From: Sulfurospirillaceae bacterium
GTDB lineage: Bacteria; Campylobacterota; Campylobacteria; Campylobacterales; Sulfurospirillaceae
Direction: 5' to 3'
NCBI GenBank assembly: GCA_033723415.1
Contig: JAWVXD010000006.1
Location: 76,149-140,148, forward strand
DNA: 64,000 nt
Shown here: positions 1-10,681 of the stretch, in pieces
Numbering within the stretch: the stretch's first letter is position 1
Layout of the letters: each line of letters starts with the position of its first letter
Position numbers and translations under genes: made by a program
Notes under the pieces: generated by a model
Told to the model about the DNA's origin: nothing
The model's input: the letters and a program-made list of their open reading frames with translations, nothing else
Databases searched by the model: none

Positions 1-1
1 C

Positions 2-640
2 GATCAAGGATGTGATGGAAGCGTAAATGCAGTCAATATAAGAAACTTTATATGCTCTGTGACCAAAAATAAGACCACTAGTGAAATGGATAAGGCGACT
101 CTTATTCAAAGTAGGCACAGAATTCCTGAGATTTCATTAGAAGAAGAACAGATACTAGTGCTTCAAGTACCGGAACCGGAAGTCTTAACCAATGTTGAAG
201 CAGACAGTCTCAAACAAAAGATCATGCACGCAAACAGCGACTATGCCAAACTTTGGGTACTTTTATACGAAGATACGGCTCAATTTGGAGACAGCAGGAT
301 CGGGAACAGATACCCTGTCCTCGTCAATCATAGATATGCGATGGATCCCTCTCCCATACCAAAGTATGATACGCCGAAATTAAACGATAACAAAGGGCTT
401 ATCCTGTTTGGAGCAGGTCGTGAAAAGAAAATTTATGCTATTCCTCCATACACTCATGTAGAGCCGTTGAAATTTGAAGATAGAGAGTTTAAGGTCGAAA
501 GTTTTTCGGATAAAAAATGTAAAAAGTGTGGTGCAAAAGGTATCTTTATGGATGAGGTTTATGATGAAAAGGGACACATAGAATATTATTGTAACGACAC
601 AAGCTATTGCGACCAACAGCTAGAGATCAGGAGAAAATAA
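2..640 (+). CDS. phnJ: C-P lyase catalytic subunit PhnJ (5'-truncated by window edge)
   Basis: Frame open from position 2 (DQGCDGSVNAVNIR); IQSRHRIPE, LQVPEPE, MDPSPIPKYD, LFGAGREKKIYAIPPYT and C-terminal CX2C...CX5C cluster. Confidence 0.93.
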   Translation, partial: DQGCDGSVNAVNIRNFICSVTKNKTTSEMDKATLIQSRHRIPEISLEEEQILVLQVPEPEVLTNVEADSLKQKIMHANSDYAKLWVLLYEDTAQFGDSRIGNRYPVLVNHRYAMDPSPIPKYDTPKLNDNKGLILFGAGREKKIYAIPPYTHVEPLKFEDREFKVESFSDKKCKKCGAKGIFMDEVYDEKGHIEYYCNDTSYCDQQLEIRRK

Positions 641-1476
641 TGGTGATGGAATTAAAAGACATATACAAGATATACGGCTCAGGCTGTGATGCATGCCTAA
701 ATTCGACCGGAGCAGAATTTGGAAGCTCTATATGCCCTCATTGCGGTAGTGTAGTTGCTGTAAATAACATAAACCTTCACCTAAAAAAAGGTGAGATCCT
801 AGGTATCGTAGGAGAAAGCGGTAGTGGAAAATCCACGCTTCTAAGACTCATTTATCAAGACGAAAAGGCAAGTGGCGGAATATTGCATTTGGACAATCTC
901 GTAGATGAACTTGGACTTTATATCAATCTTTTAGAAGCAGACGAGAACGTACTGGCATTTGTACGAGATAAGATCATGTCCATGATATACCAAAATCCGA
1001 TGCTTGGTCTAAACTATCAATTTAGTGCAGGCGGAAATATCGCTGAGAAGATCATCATGAGCGGAGAAAAAAAATACGGTGAGATACGAGAGCGAGCGTT
1101 GTATTTTTTGGAGAAGACAGAGATACCTACTGAACGCATCGATGATTATCCAGATCGTTTTAGCGGAGGACAACAACAGCGTATCCAGATATCAAAAGCC
1201 CTATCTTGCAACCCAAAAATCCTTTTGCTGGATGAACCGACAACCGGACTTGATCTCTCTGTTCAGGCCAAGATCCTTGATCTCATCAAAGTACTGCAAA
1301 AAGAGATCGGCTTTGCCATGATCATCGTTTCACATGATCTAGGCGTCATCAAACACCTGACAGATATCTGTATCGTAATGAAGAACGGCGAGATAGTGGA
1401 GTACGGTTTGAGCGATCAAATACTGGAAGATCCCCAACACCCCTACACACAGATCCTTGTATCCAGCGTTTTATAG
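640..1476 (+). CDS. phnK: C-P lyase ABC ATPase PhnK
   Basis: GESGSGKST, FSGGQQQR, LLLDEPT; TAATG overlap with phnJ. Confidence 0.9.
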   Translation: MVMELKDIYKIYGSGCDACLNSTGAEFGSSICPHCGSVVAVNNINLHLKKGEILGIVGESGSGKSTLLRLIYQDEKASGGILHLDNLVDELGLYINLLEADENVLAFVRDKIMSMIYQNPMLGLNYQFSAGGNIAEKIIMSGEKKYGEIRERALYFLEKTEIPTERIDDYPDRFSGGQQQRIQISKALSCNPKILLLDEPTTGLDLSVQAKILDLIKVLQKEIGFAMIIVSHDLGVIKHLTDICIVMKNGEIVEYGLSDQILEDPQHPYTQILVSSVL

Positions 1477-1484
1477 GAAAAAAA

Positions 1485-2195
1485 ATGTATAAAATCGAAA
1501 TAAAAAATTTATCCAAAACATTTACGGTTCACACTCAAGGCGGCATAGAGATCAGAGGATATGAAAATATAAATTTTGAAGTCAACAATGGTGAATTTAT
1601 CTCTTTATTTGGCCCAAGCGGTATGGGGAAATCTTCTGTTCTCAAAGCACTCTATAGAACGTATACAACGACTAGTGGGGATATCTTGTTTAATTTTGAC
1701 AATGGCGAACAGGTAAATATAGCAACCTGCGATGAAAGTACTATACTAAATATAAGAAAAAATCACATCGGCTATGTTTCTCAATTTTTGCAAATCCTCC
1801 CACGTATCAGTGCAGTGAATATCGTCGCAAATCCGTTGATAGAGAAAGGTGAAAGTGAAACCGCTTCACAAGATAAAGCGAGAGAACTGCTCAGTTATCT
1901 CTCGATAAAAGAAGAGCTCTTTGATGTCTCCCCTTTGACTTTTAGCGGTGGGGAACAACAGAGAGTCAACATAGCCAAAGGAATCATCGCACCGAAATCC
2001 GTACTCCTTTTAGATGAACCGACGGCTTCTTTGGATAAGATAAATACGATGAAAGTCATAGAAAAATTACTAGAGATCAAAAAACAAGGCGTTGCGATGA
2101 TAGGGATCTTCCATGACACAGAAGCGATGAATGCCATAAGCGATAAAATATACGATATGAAAGAGCGATGTTATGCAAACGATAATCAGAAGTAA
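1485..2195 (+). CDS. phnL: C-P lyase ATPase PhnL
   Basis: KTFTVH, GPSGMGKSS, TFSGGEQQRVNIA, GIFHD; operon position. Confidence 0.9.
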   Translation: MYKIEIKNLSKTFTVHTQGGIEIRGYENINFEVNNGEFISLFGPSGMGKSSVLKALYRTYTTTSGDILFNFDNGEQVNIATCDESTILNIRKNHIGYVSQFLQILPRISAVNIVANPLIEKGESETASQDKARELLSYLSIKEELFDVSPLTFSGGEQQRVNIAKGIIAPKSVLLLDEPTASLDKINTMKVIEKLLEIKKQGVAMIGIFHDTEAMNAISDKIYDMKERCYANDNQK

Positions 2196-3318
2196 AAATG
2201 TCCTCCTAGATGGCAAATTTCAACCCTCAGACATAGCCATTCAAGGTAAATACATCACTTCGGTAAAGCCTTACAAATCCATAGACGTAGCGATCGACTT
2301 GGGAGAGAGAAGGATCGTTCCTGGTTTTGTAGATCTGCACAGTGACGCTATCGAAAAAGAGATCGAACCACGTCCCGGAGCCAGATTTCCCGTAAAGATG
2401 GCTGTCATAGAACTTGATAAAAAACTCTCTATGGCTGGTATAACTACGATGTATCATGCCATAGGCTTTAACGATGAAGAGCTTCAAAAAGGTAGAGGAA
2501 CCGAGCAATCAAGCGAACTCATCGAAGAACTATTTGAGGCAAATAAATCCAACCTTGAAGTAGATAATCTGATACACGCAAGATTTGAGATCACAAGTCA
2601 TAGCTCTATAAATACTATAAAAAAGTTGATTAAAAGTAAAAAAGTAAATATGCTCTCTATCATGGATCACTCACCCGGTCAAGGGCAGTTCAAAACGATG
2701 GAGAGCTGGAAAAAGTACCATCTTAAATCATACCAGATAAGCGAAGATGAAGTAGAAGCATACATAAAAAGCAAAGCTGGCAAAGACAAGGTCGGTGTCG
2801 TGGAAGATCTGGTAAAGTTTGGACTTGATTTTGACCTGCCTATCTTAAGTCATGATGACGACTGCGGTGAAAAACTGACTACTCTTAAAAATCTAGGAAT
2901 CACTTTTTCTGAGTTTCCCCTCAGTGTCGAAACGGCAAAACTCGCCAAAGAGATGGGTATCAGTACCGGTATGGGAGCCCCTAATGTCGTGCGCGGTGGA
3001 AGTCAAAGCGGAAATATCGCCGCTAAAGAGTTGGTTAAGGCGGGAGTCTGCGATTATCTGTGCAGCGATTATCATCCCTCTTCCATGCTGTTAAGCCCAT
3101 ATCGACTCAAAGAAGATGTGAATCTGAGCCTAGAAGAAGGATTTGCGATGATCAGTACCACTCCTGCAAAGCTAGCAGGTCTTAGTGATCGAGGTGAACT
3201 AAAAGAAAATATGCTCGCTGACATCGCAGTGATCGATGAATCACATTTCCCAAAAGTCGTGCTCACTTTTAAAAACGGCGAAGTGGTATACAATGGCATA
3301 AGGGGTTTCAATGTATGA
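2173..3318 (+). CDS. phnM: alpha-D-ribose 1-methylphosphonate 5-triphosphate diphosphatase PhnM
   Basis: PGFVDLHSD, MDHSPGQGQF, SHDD, EFP, MGAPNVVRGGS, LCSDYHP. Confidence 0.93.
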   Translation: MQTIIRSKNVLLDGKFQPSDIAIQGKYITSVKPYKSIDVAIDLGERRIVPGFVDLHSDAIEKEIEPRPGARFPVKMAVIELDKKLSMAGITTMYHAIGFNDEELQKGRGTEQSSELIEELFEANKSNLEVDNLIHARFEITSHSSINTIKKLIKSKKVNMLSIMDHSPGQGQFKTMESWKKYHLKSYQISEDEVEAYIKSKAGKDKVGVVEDLVKFGLDFDLPILSHDDDCGEKLTTLKNLGITFSEFPLSVETAKLAKEMGISTGMGAPNVVRGGSQSGNIAAKELVKAGVCDYLCSDYHPSSMLLSPYRLKEDVNLSLEEGFAMISTTPAKLAGLSDRGELKENMLADIAVIDESHFPKVVLTFKNGEVVYNGIRGFNV

Positions 3319-3949
3319 AATCAAAGCTATGAATCTAGCAGAGTCCAAAATATTGAACAATGAACCAACCATACATAAGACTTCGATCATAAAAGATTGC
3401 TCTTTTGGTAGATTTGTAGAGATAGGCACCTACAATAATATCTGTGAATCGGTGATAGATGATTATAGTTATACCAGTGAAAATTGTCAGATCATCTACT
3501 CTCATATAGGCAAATTTGTAAATATCGCAAGCTATGTGAGACTAAACCCTGGACAGCACCCGATGCACAGAGTCTCACAACACCACATGTTATATCGCAA
3601 AGAGATGTTCGGTTTTGGAGAAGACGATAGCAAATTTTTTGAGGAGAGAAGAAAGAAAAGAGTCAAGATAGGTCATGATGTCTGGATCGGTCACAATGTC
3701 ACCGTCATGGGCGGAGTGAGCATAGAAAACGGCGCGGTCATAGGAAGCGGGGCCATCGTCACAAGAGACATACCAGCTTATGCCATAGCCGTCGGAAATC
3801 CGGCTCGTGTCATCAAATATCGGTTTGATCCTTATATAGTAGAGGAACTAGAAAAGATCAAATGGTGGCACTGGGATCATGATAAAATAGCACAATCATT
3901 GAAAGATTTTGATGATATAGACGAATTTATAAAAAGATACAAGGTATAA
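3311..3949 (+). CDS. phosphonate-operon hexapeptide-repeat acetyltransferase (Vat/CAT-like)
   Basis: IGHDVWIG...GAVIGSGAIVTRD...AVGNPARVIKYRF, WWHW; typical phn cluster member. Confidence 0.85.
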   Translation: MYEIKAMNLAESKILNNEPTIHKTSIIKDCSFGRFVEIGTYNNICESVIDDYSYTSENCQIIYSHIGKFVNIASYVRLNPGQHPMHRVSQHHMLYRKEMFGFGEDDSKFFEERRKKRVKIGHDVWIGHNVTVMGGVSIENGAVIGSGAIVTRDIPAYAIAVGNPARVIKYRFDPYIVEELEKIKWWHWDHDKIAQSLKDFDDIDEFIKRYKV

Positions 3950-3951
3950 GA

Positions 3952-4467
3952 TTGGTTAAGATAGTTTTGATAGTAGGTCCTAGCGGTGTCGGGAAAGATA
4001 CTCTCATAAACAGTGTTAAGGGCAAGATCGATGCAAATTTTGTCAAAAGGTATATCACTAGAGTACCTGATTCTCACGAGCAGAACTATTTTGTAGAAAA
4101 CTCTGAATTCGAAAAATTAAAAAAGGAGGGCTTTTTTGTCTCTTCGTGGGATGCACACTCAAACCAATACGGCATAGCACTAGATGAGATAAAAGAAGGA
4201 TTAAACATTATATCCGTATCAAGAAGTGCTATTAAAGATTTTGAAAAAGTATTTGATGATGTAGTGACGATCAATATATCTCTCTCAAAAGATGCTCTTT
4301 ATAAAAGACTGAAAAACAGGAATAGAGAGAGTGAAAACGAGATACAAGAGAGATTGGCAAGCTCGGATCAGGACATAAAAGCAAAAAAATTGATACAATT
4401 TTCAAATGATCTACCACTAGATATATCATCTGCAAAGTTTTTGGAGTTATTAGGAGAGATCAAATGA
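3952..4467 (+). CDS. phnN: ribose 1,5-bisphosphokinase PhnN
   Basis: VGPSGVGKDTL, RYITR, WDAHSNQYGI; TTG start. Confidence 0.88.
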   Translation: MVKIVLIVGPSGVGKDTLINSVKGKIDANFVKRYITRVPDSHEQNYFVENSEFEKLKKEGFFVSSWDAHSNQYGIALDEIKEGLNIISVSRSAIKDFEKVFDDVVTINISLSKDALYKRLKNRNRESENEIQERLASSDQDIKAKKLIQFSNDLPLDISSAKFLELLGEIK

Positions 4468-5201
4468 AACTAAAGTTTTTAGGAACTGCCGACAGCGGTG
4501 GAATTCCCTCTCACAACTGCATCTGTGAGATCTGCCGAGAATACAGATCAAAAGGTCACATAAATCTAGCAACATCGGCTTACATAGAGTGTGATAACGG
4601 TGAGATTATTTTGCTTGATGCCGGAGTCGAAAATATCGCTTCGCAATTTGACGGCAGTATCATAAAAGCAGTTTTTTTGACTCATTTTCACGCAGATCAT
4701 GTCATGGGTCTTTTGAGACTCAGATACAGTCACAATCCTATCCTTTGCTACCATCCTAAAGATGACAACGGCTTTGCAGATCTGTTTAAAAATAAAAAAT
4801 CTATCGAATATATAGAGAATGTGGCATTTGAAGAGATCATAGTAAATGATTTAAAATTTATCCCGATACCTCTTTTTCACTCCAAAAATACGACCGGATA
4901 CCTCATCCGATCAAAAAACAAAACAGTAGCATATCTGACTGATTGTGCAGGACTCGACGTGGAGTCGATGAAGTTTCTAAAATCATTTTCGATTGATGCC
5001 TGCTATCTAGATGCTTGTTTAGCACCGAATTTTAGCAATGGTAACCATCTCAATTACGAACAGGCAATAAGAGTATTGGATGAAATTGGAGCCAAGACAT
5101 CACATCTGATGCACAGTAGTCATTATACGCTAGCGTATATAAGGCAAAATAAGATCGATCTCAAATATGACTATATTTTGCCTGATCATCTTGATCTCTA
5201 G
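4464..5201 (+). CDS. phnP: cyclic phosphodiesterase PhnP (metallo-beta-lactamase fold)
   Basis: LGTADSGGIP..CxCxxC, LTHFHADH, HSKNTTGY, YLTD. Confidence 0.9.
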   Translation: MKLKFLGTADSGGIPSHNCICEICREYRSKGHINLATSAYIECDNGEIILLDAGVENIASQFDGSIIKAVFLTHFHADHVMGLLRLRYSHNPILCYHPKDDNGFADLFKNKKSIEYIENVAFEEIIVNDLKFIPIPLFHSKNTTGYLIRSKNKTVAYLTDCAGLDVESMKFLKSFSIDACYLDACLAPNFSNGNHLNYEQAIRVLDEIGAKTSHLMHSSHYTLAYIRQNKIDLKYDYILPDHLDL

Positions 5202-5539
5202 ATTATAGTACCGCTTGCTGCTAGGATATCTTTACCCTCTTCGCTGATCTTTGATACATCCCAAGGCGGATCAAATACGAGATTGACGTAAGCTTCATCG
5301 ATAGAATCCATGGATTTCACTATGAATCTGACTTGATCTACTAGCATATCAGAAACTGAACATCCCGGTGCCGTCAAGGTCATGTCTATTAGACAATATG
5401 TGTAATTATTCTCAACATCTATCTTAATATCATAGATCAATCCAAGATCATACAGATTTATAGGGATTTCAGGGTCATAGATCGTTTTTATATTTTCGAT
5501 GACTTCTTTTATAATTTTTTCTTTTTGTTCTTCATTCAT
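5198..5539 (-). CDS. sufT: SufT / DUF59 Fe-S cluster assembly protein
   Basis: DPEIPINLYDLGLIY, MTLTAPGC, LVFDPPW. Confidence 0.85.
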   Translation of the reverse strand: MNEEQKEKIIKEVIENIKTIYDPEIPINLYDLGLIYDIKIDVENNYTYCLIDMTLTAPGCSVSDMLVDQVRFIVKSMDSIDEAYVNLVFDPPWDVSKISEEGKDILAASGTII

Positions 5540-5957
5540 GATTTGCCTCAATTGCGTAATTTTTTATTCTCTCTATCATACTTTTTAAGCCATTTTGCCT
5601 ATTTGGCGTAATGATCTCTGAGAGTCCTAGAGAATTTAGTTTTGTAAAATCAAATGCTACTATCTCTTTTGGAGTGAGATTCGAAAATATTTTTATGATC
5701 AAAGCAACTAATCCTTTGACTATGACAGTGTTGCTATCTCCTCTAAAGATAAGTTTGTCTTCTTTTTTTTCACAGATCAGCCAGACTTGAGAAGTACAGC
5801 CTTGGATCAAGTATTCATCTTTTTTTTCACTCTCACTGAGAGCTTTAAGCTCTTTACCCGAATCTACAAGGTACTCGTATTTTTCAAGCTCATCTTCAAA
5901 AAATGACAACTCTTCTGCTATTTCATTCACTCTGGTTTCTATTGTACTCATCATCAT
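5532..5957 (-). CDS. sufE: SufE sulfur acceptor
   Basis: IQGCTSQVW, DSNTVIVKGL, TPNRQNGL. Confidence 0.9.
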   Translation of the reverse strand: MMMSTIETRVNEIAEELSFFEDELEKYEYLVDSGKELKALSESEKKDEYLIQGCTSQVWLICEKKEDKLIFRGDSNTVIVKGLVALIIKIFSNLTPKEIVAFDFTKLNSLGLSEIITPNRQNGLKSMIERIKNYAIEANHE

Positions 5958-7141
5958 CCTTTTAGTATTTTCACGGCTCTTCGTATATTTTTTAGCAACA
6001 TATCAGCATCTTCCATATTGTTGTAAATTCCAAGACTAACTCTTGCCGTGCCATTGATCCCGAGCTTCTTCATGATCGGCTGGGCACAATGATGCCCATA
6101 GCGAATACTTACATTCATCTTATCCAATAAAACCCCGACATCATCAGCCATAACGCCCTCGATATTGAAACTAAGACTTCCGATGCAGTTGATACTATCC
6201 GTATACAATATGATACCTTCGATCTCGCTCAGCTTTTCATACATGTATTCATATACTTGAGCTTCATAATCGATGATATTTTCGTATTTTTGCTCTTGTA
6301 TAAATTTGAGAGCCTGTCCAAATCCTATAACTCCTGAGATATTTTGCGTGCCTGCTTCAAACTTAAAAGGCGAATCCAATAAAATACTTCTATCATATGT
6401 CACATCACTGATAGTCGCACCTCCGACTTGATAAGGAGCAACATCTTCTAAGTGTTCTTGTTTTATATAAATAGCTCCAACCCCTGTAGGACCGTAGGTC
6501 TTATGAGAAGAGACGGCATAAAAATCTACATCTAGGTCTTGAACGTCGACATTAAAATGAGCCAGACTCTGAGCCCCGTCTATCATGACAAGCGCGCCAT
6601 ATTTATGCGCGATATGTATGATGTTTTTGACGGGATGTATCCTTCCAAAAGCATTTGAAACATGCGTGATACTTACAAAAGCATTTTTGTTCTCTTGCAG
6701 CAGTTTTTCAAAATGTTCGATATCAAAAGAGAGGTTTTCATCACAATCCACTACTTCAAGTCCATTGTGCAAACTTCTTCCTTGCATATGCCAAGGAACG
6801 ATGTTTGAATGATGCTCCAAAGATGAGATGATAACGGTATCAAACCGATCTTTTACAAACGATGATGCGATGAAGTTCAGAGATTCCGTTACTCCTTTGG
6901 TGAAGATGATCTCTTTTTCATCACGTGCATTGATGAAAGTTTTCAGAGTTTCTCTGGCATTTTCAAATTCAGTTGTCGCTCTATTTGCATTTCCAAAGTT
7001 GCTTCTGTGTGTATTGGAGCAGTACTTTGTATAATATTCATTGATAGCATCGATGACTACTTTTGGCTTTTGAGTCGTCGAAGCACTATCAAGATAGGTG
7101 TTTTTATTGTCCTTAAAATATTCAAAATATTTCTTGTACAC
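5954..7141 (-). CDS. sufS: SufS cysteine desulfurase
   Basis: YLDSASTTQKP, EHHSNIVPW, SSHKTYGPTG, RYGHHCAQP. Confidence 0.92.
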   Translation of the reverse strand: MYKKYFEYFKDNKNTYLDSASTTQKPKVVIDAINEYYTKYCSNTHRSNFGNANRATTEFENARETLKTFINARDEKEIIFTKGVTESLNFIASSFVKDRFDTVIISSLEHHSNIVPWHMQGRSLHNGLEVVDCDENLSFDIEHFEKLLQENKNAFVSITHVSNAFGRIHPVKNIIHIAHKYGALVMIDGAQSLAHFNVDVQDLDVDFYAVSSHKTYGPTGVGAIYIKQEHLEDVAPYQVGGATISDVTYDRSILLDSPFKFEAGTQNISGVIGFGQALKFIQEQKYENIIDYEAQVYEYMYEKLSEIEGIILYTDSINCIGSLSFNIEGVMADDVGVLLDKMNVSIRYGHHCAQPIMKKLGINGTARVSLGIYNNMEDADMLLKNIRRAVKILKG

Positions 7142-7144
7142 TGA

Positions 7145-8314
7145 TCAATCCTCTATAAAACTAAGTGCGAGCTTTTCTATTGACTCGTTTCCAATTTTTT
7201 CTATTACTTGTAATTCTATCGCATTTATGAGCATTTTCTCTGCTTTTGGAAGTTCAATCCCTCTACTTTGCATATAATAAAGTGCTTCTTCATCCAAAGA
7301 ACCGCTTGTAGCTCCATGCGCTGCTTCTAATTCATCGGTATGCAGTATCAGCTTAGGATTTGCATTTATCCTTGCGCCGTTTTTTAAAAGTATGGTTTGT
7401 GAATTTTGGAAAGTTTTTGAAAACTTCGCTTCATGATTAACCGTAGTTTTTACCTCAAAAAGAGCTTGTGATTCACCATCTAAAAGATGCTTACACACCA
7501 TGTTACTCTCTGTAAATTCTGCGTCATGTACGATAGAGATTATATTTCCACTTTTATTTTTTTTACCGAGTTTGATAATACTCTCAAAAGAAAAATTCGA
7601 GTGATCACAGGAAAGTGTTGAGTTTACTATATTTAAAGCTCTCTTTGAATCCAGATCAATCGCGATCAAACTGCATTTTGCATTTTTTGAGATTATAGGT
7701 TCTATATTTGATATAAAGCTGTTATTTGTAGTTGAACTTTGAAGTTTTGTGTAATTCAGCGATGCATTATCCTTGATAATGAGCTTCTTATTTGCATTTA
7801 CAAAAGAGTTCCTAAGATGGTTGCTGATGTTTAGCTCCACTATATCTACTTTACAATTTTCTTCTATAACGACACTTTCGGATGTCGGTACAAACGAGTC
7901 ATCGCCGCTATATATATTTAAGATCATCAAAGGCTTTTCTAAATCTTTTTTTATAGCTATCTCGTTTTCTTTTTCAACAAAAGCTTCACTAAGAAAATAT
8001 AAAGAGTTCGGACTTCTATGCAGGTTTTTTTCTTTTTTAGAGAACACTACGCTATCTGGCAATATCGAATTTTTGATATCGACTTCTCCATCAAATATAA
8101 TAACAGTATAAAAATCTTGATTTGCAGGATATTTAGACCCGCCGTTTAGCTTCACTTCATCGCTATGCAGCAAAAGATTCTTTGAAAAAATATCACTTAT
8201 ATCAAATTGCCTAAACTCTTCTGTACTCTTTGTAGGCAGCCCCATTTCACTCAATAGATCAAAAGATTTAGTATCTTTTATCCCCTCAAGCTGGCTTAGA
8301 TCATTTAGCAACAT
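7145..8314 (-). CDS. sufD: SufD
   Basis: GLPTKSTEEF, PKLILHTDELEAAHGATSG, YMQSRGI. Confidence 0.88.
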   Translation of the reverse strand: MLLNDLSQLEGIKDTKSFDLLSEMGLPTKSTEEFRQFDISDIFSKNLLLHSDEVKLNGGSKYPANQDFYTVIIFDGEVDIKNSILPDSVVFSKKEKNLHRSPNSLYFLSEAFVEKENEIAIKKDLEKPLMILNIYSGDDSFVPTSESVVIEENCKVDIVELNISNHLRNSFVNANKKLIIKDNASLNYTKLQSSTTNNSFISNIEPIISKNAKCSLIAIDLDSKRALNIVNSTLSCDHSNFSFESIIKLGKKNKSGNIISIVHDAEFTESNMVCKHLLDGESQALFEVKTTVNHEAKFSKTFQNSQTILLKNGARINANPKLILHTDELEAAHGATSGSLDEEALYYMQSRGIELPKAEKMLINAIELQVIEKIGNESIEKLALSFIED

Positions 8315-9056
8315 GGTCAATTCCTATACCCTCGTAACCTTGCTCGTCTATTTCCAAAGCTAGAGTATAATCACCGCTTTTTACGATCTTACCGCCACTT
8401 AACACGTGTACGAAATCAGGCTTTATAAGCTCTAACAATCTATCATAATGAGTGATCATAAGGACAGATCTTTTTCCATCCAACATAGATTTTACTCCAT
8501 TTGCTATCATCTTAATCGCATCGACATCCAACCCTGAGTCTATCTCGTCTAAAAGTATAAGATCCGGTTCAAGAACGAGCATTTGAAGCAGTTCATTTTT
8601 CTTCTTTTCTCCACCTGAAAAACCGTCATTTACATTTCGTTTCAGCATCTTCTCATCCAAACCAAACTCTTGAGCTTTGGTCTTTATGAATTTTAAAAAT
8701 TTAGCGACATTCATCTCATCTTCGCCATGATAAGCTCGTTTTGCATTAAGTGCCGTTTTTAGAAAGTACATATTGTTGACACCCGGTATCTCTGTGGGGT
8801 TTTGAAAACTCATAAAGATACCTTCATTTGCCCTATCGCTCACGCTTAGATCCATCAGATTCTTCTTTTTATACGTCATCTTCCCACTTGTCACTTCGCA
8901 GTCATAATGAGCACTCAAAGTCTTGACCAAGGTCGATTTCCCTGCACCGTTCGTGCCCATGAGAACATGAACTTCACCTGGATTTATAGTCAAATCCAAA
9001 CCTTTTAAAATCTCTTTTTCTTTTATTGTTACACTTAAATTTTTTATTTCTAACAT
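8301..9056 (-). CDS. sufC: SufC ATPase
   Basis: MGTNGAGKST, NDGFSGGEKKKNE, LDEIDSGLD, ITHYDRLL. Confidence 0.95.
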   Translation of the reverse strand: MLEIKNLSVTIKEKEILKGLDLTINPGEVHVLMGTNGAGKSTLVKTLSAHYDCEVTSGKMTYKKKNLMDLSVSDRANEGIFMSFQNPTEIPGVNNMYFLKTALNAKRAYHGEDEMNVAKFLKFIKTKAQEFGLDEKMLKRNVNDGFSGGEKKKNELLQMLVLEPDLILLDEIDSGLDVDAIKMIANGVKSMLDGKRSVLMITHYDRLLELIKPDFVHVLSGGKIVKSGDYTLALEIDEQGYEGIGIDHVAK

Positions 9057-9064
9057 ATGGTTTC

Positions 9065-10498
9065 CTATCCTACGCTGCCTTCCAATGATATGCTAAGAAG
9101 CGCTCTTGCTTCCACTGCAAATTCCATCGGCAATTCTTCTAAAATCTCTTTACAAAATCCATTGACTATAAGAGAAACCGCATTTTCTTGTTCGATTCCG
9201 CGCTGACCTATATAAAATAGTTGTTCATCGCTTATCTTTGAAGTCGTCGCTTCATGTTCTATCTTTGCACTTTTATTTCTAACGTCTTGATAAGGGTATG
9301 TATTTGCTGAACAATCTCCGCCGATGAGCAGTGAATCACACTGTGAAAAATTTCTGGCATTTTCCGCATCTTTTCCTACCTTGACCAGACCTCTATATGC
9401 ATTGATTCCTTTGAGAGCCGATACTCCTTTTGATATGATCGTTGATTTTGTATTTTTACCAAGATGAATCATCTTAGTTCCGGTATCTGCCTGCTGAGAT
9501 AGAGAAGTCAGAGCTACTGAGTAAAATTCTCCGACACTGTCATCACCTTTAAGTATACAACTTGGGTATTTCCAAGTAAGCGCAGAACCAGTTTCAACCT
9601 GTGTCCAAGATATTTTGGATCGATCTCCTTTGCAGATGCCACGCTTTGTCACAAAGTTATAGATGCCGCCTTTTCCATTTTCATCACCTGGATACCAGTT
9701 TTGGATCGTCGAGTACTTGATCTGTGCATCTTTAAGCGCCACAAGTTCCACAACAGCCGCGTGGAGTTGGTTCTCATCTCTCATAGGAGCCGAACAGCCT
9801 TCATTATAAGAAACGTAACTTCCTTCATCCGCGATGATCAGAGTCCTCTCAAACTGACCAGTGTTTAGGGCATTGATCCTAAAATAAGTAGATAATTCCA
9901 TAGGACATCTTGTGTTTTTAGGAATATATACAAAAGAACCATCAGTAAATACGGCACAGTTAAGAGTTGCAAAATAGTTATCGTTATAAGGCACGACTGA
10001 TGCCAGATATTTTTTCAAAAGTTCAGGATGTTCCTGTGCTGCTTCACTGATAGAGCAAAATATAATGCCTTTTTCACTAAGCTCTTTTTGGAATGTCGTC
10101 TTGACAGACACTGAGTCAAATACGGCATCAACCGCGATTCCTGCCAATGCTTTTTGTTCTTCCAGCGGAATTCCGAGCTTATTATATGTTTCCAATATCT
10201 GAGGGTCTATCTCATCCAAAGAATCCGGTGCCTTTTTGGGAGCAGAAAAATAGCTGATATTTTGGTAATCAATCTTCTCATGTGTTAAACCTGCCCAATC
10301 AGGTTCTTCCATAGTTAACCATTTTCTATATGCTTTTAATCTAAATTCCAGTAACCATTCAGGTTCATTTTTCTTTACGGAGATTGCTTTAATAACATCT
10401 TCATTTAAACCTGGAGGAAAAGTATCGGATTGGATGATCGTCTCAAATCCTAGAGCATAATCATTTGCGATTATGTCTTTTACAATTTTATTTTCCAT
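9065..10498 (-). CDS. sufB: SufB scaffold
   Basis: [40 protein letters not shown]. Confidence 0.96.
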   Translation of the reverse strand: MENKIVKDIIANDYALGFETIIQSDTFPPGLNEDVIKAISVKKNEPEWLLEFRLKAYRKWLTMEEPDWAGLTHEKIDYQNISYFSAPKKAPDSLDEIDPQILETYNKLGIPLEEQKALAGIAVDAVFDSVSVKTTFQKELSEKGIIFCSISEAAQEHPELLKKYLASVVPYNDNYFATLNCAVFTDGSFVYIPKNTRCPMELSTYFRINALNTGQFERTLIIADEGSYVSYNEGCSAPMRDENQLHAAVVELVALKDAQIKYSTIQNWYPGDENGKGGIYNFVTKRGICKGDRSKISWTQVETGSALTWKYPSCILKGDDSVGEFYSVALTSLSQQADTGTKMIHLGKNTKSTIISKGVSALKGINAYRGLVKVGKDAENARNFSQCDSLLIGGDCSANTYPYQDVRNKSAKIEHEATTSKISDEQLFYIGQRGIEQENAVSLIVNGFCKEILEELPMEFAVEARALLSISLEGSVG

Positions 10499-10517
10499 TT
10501 TTTTATTCTCCTAATGT

Positions 10518-10558
10518 AATAGGATAAATTTTATCCTATTTAGAAATTTAGTATACCA
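10518..10558 (-). promoter_or_regulatory. suf promoter (extended -10 TGnTATACT, 10550-10558) with 11-1-11 palindromic operator (10518-10540)
   Basis: AATAGGATAAA-T-TTTATCCTATT perfect inverted repeat between the -10 element and the sufB RBS. Confidence 0.65.
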
Positions 10559-10681
10559 CAAAAAAATTAAAAATACATTTTATATAATACAATATAAAAA
10601 TTTTAAGAAAAAAGAGATTAAATATTTGATTTAATATGAAATTGGGTTAAAATATCAAAATCATATAAATAAGGACAAAAC

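Noticed and set aside
3311..3949. Antibiotic resistance acetyltransferase (vat/cat)
   Set aside because: Embedded in the phn operon, where this family is a usual member
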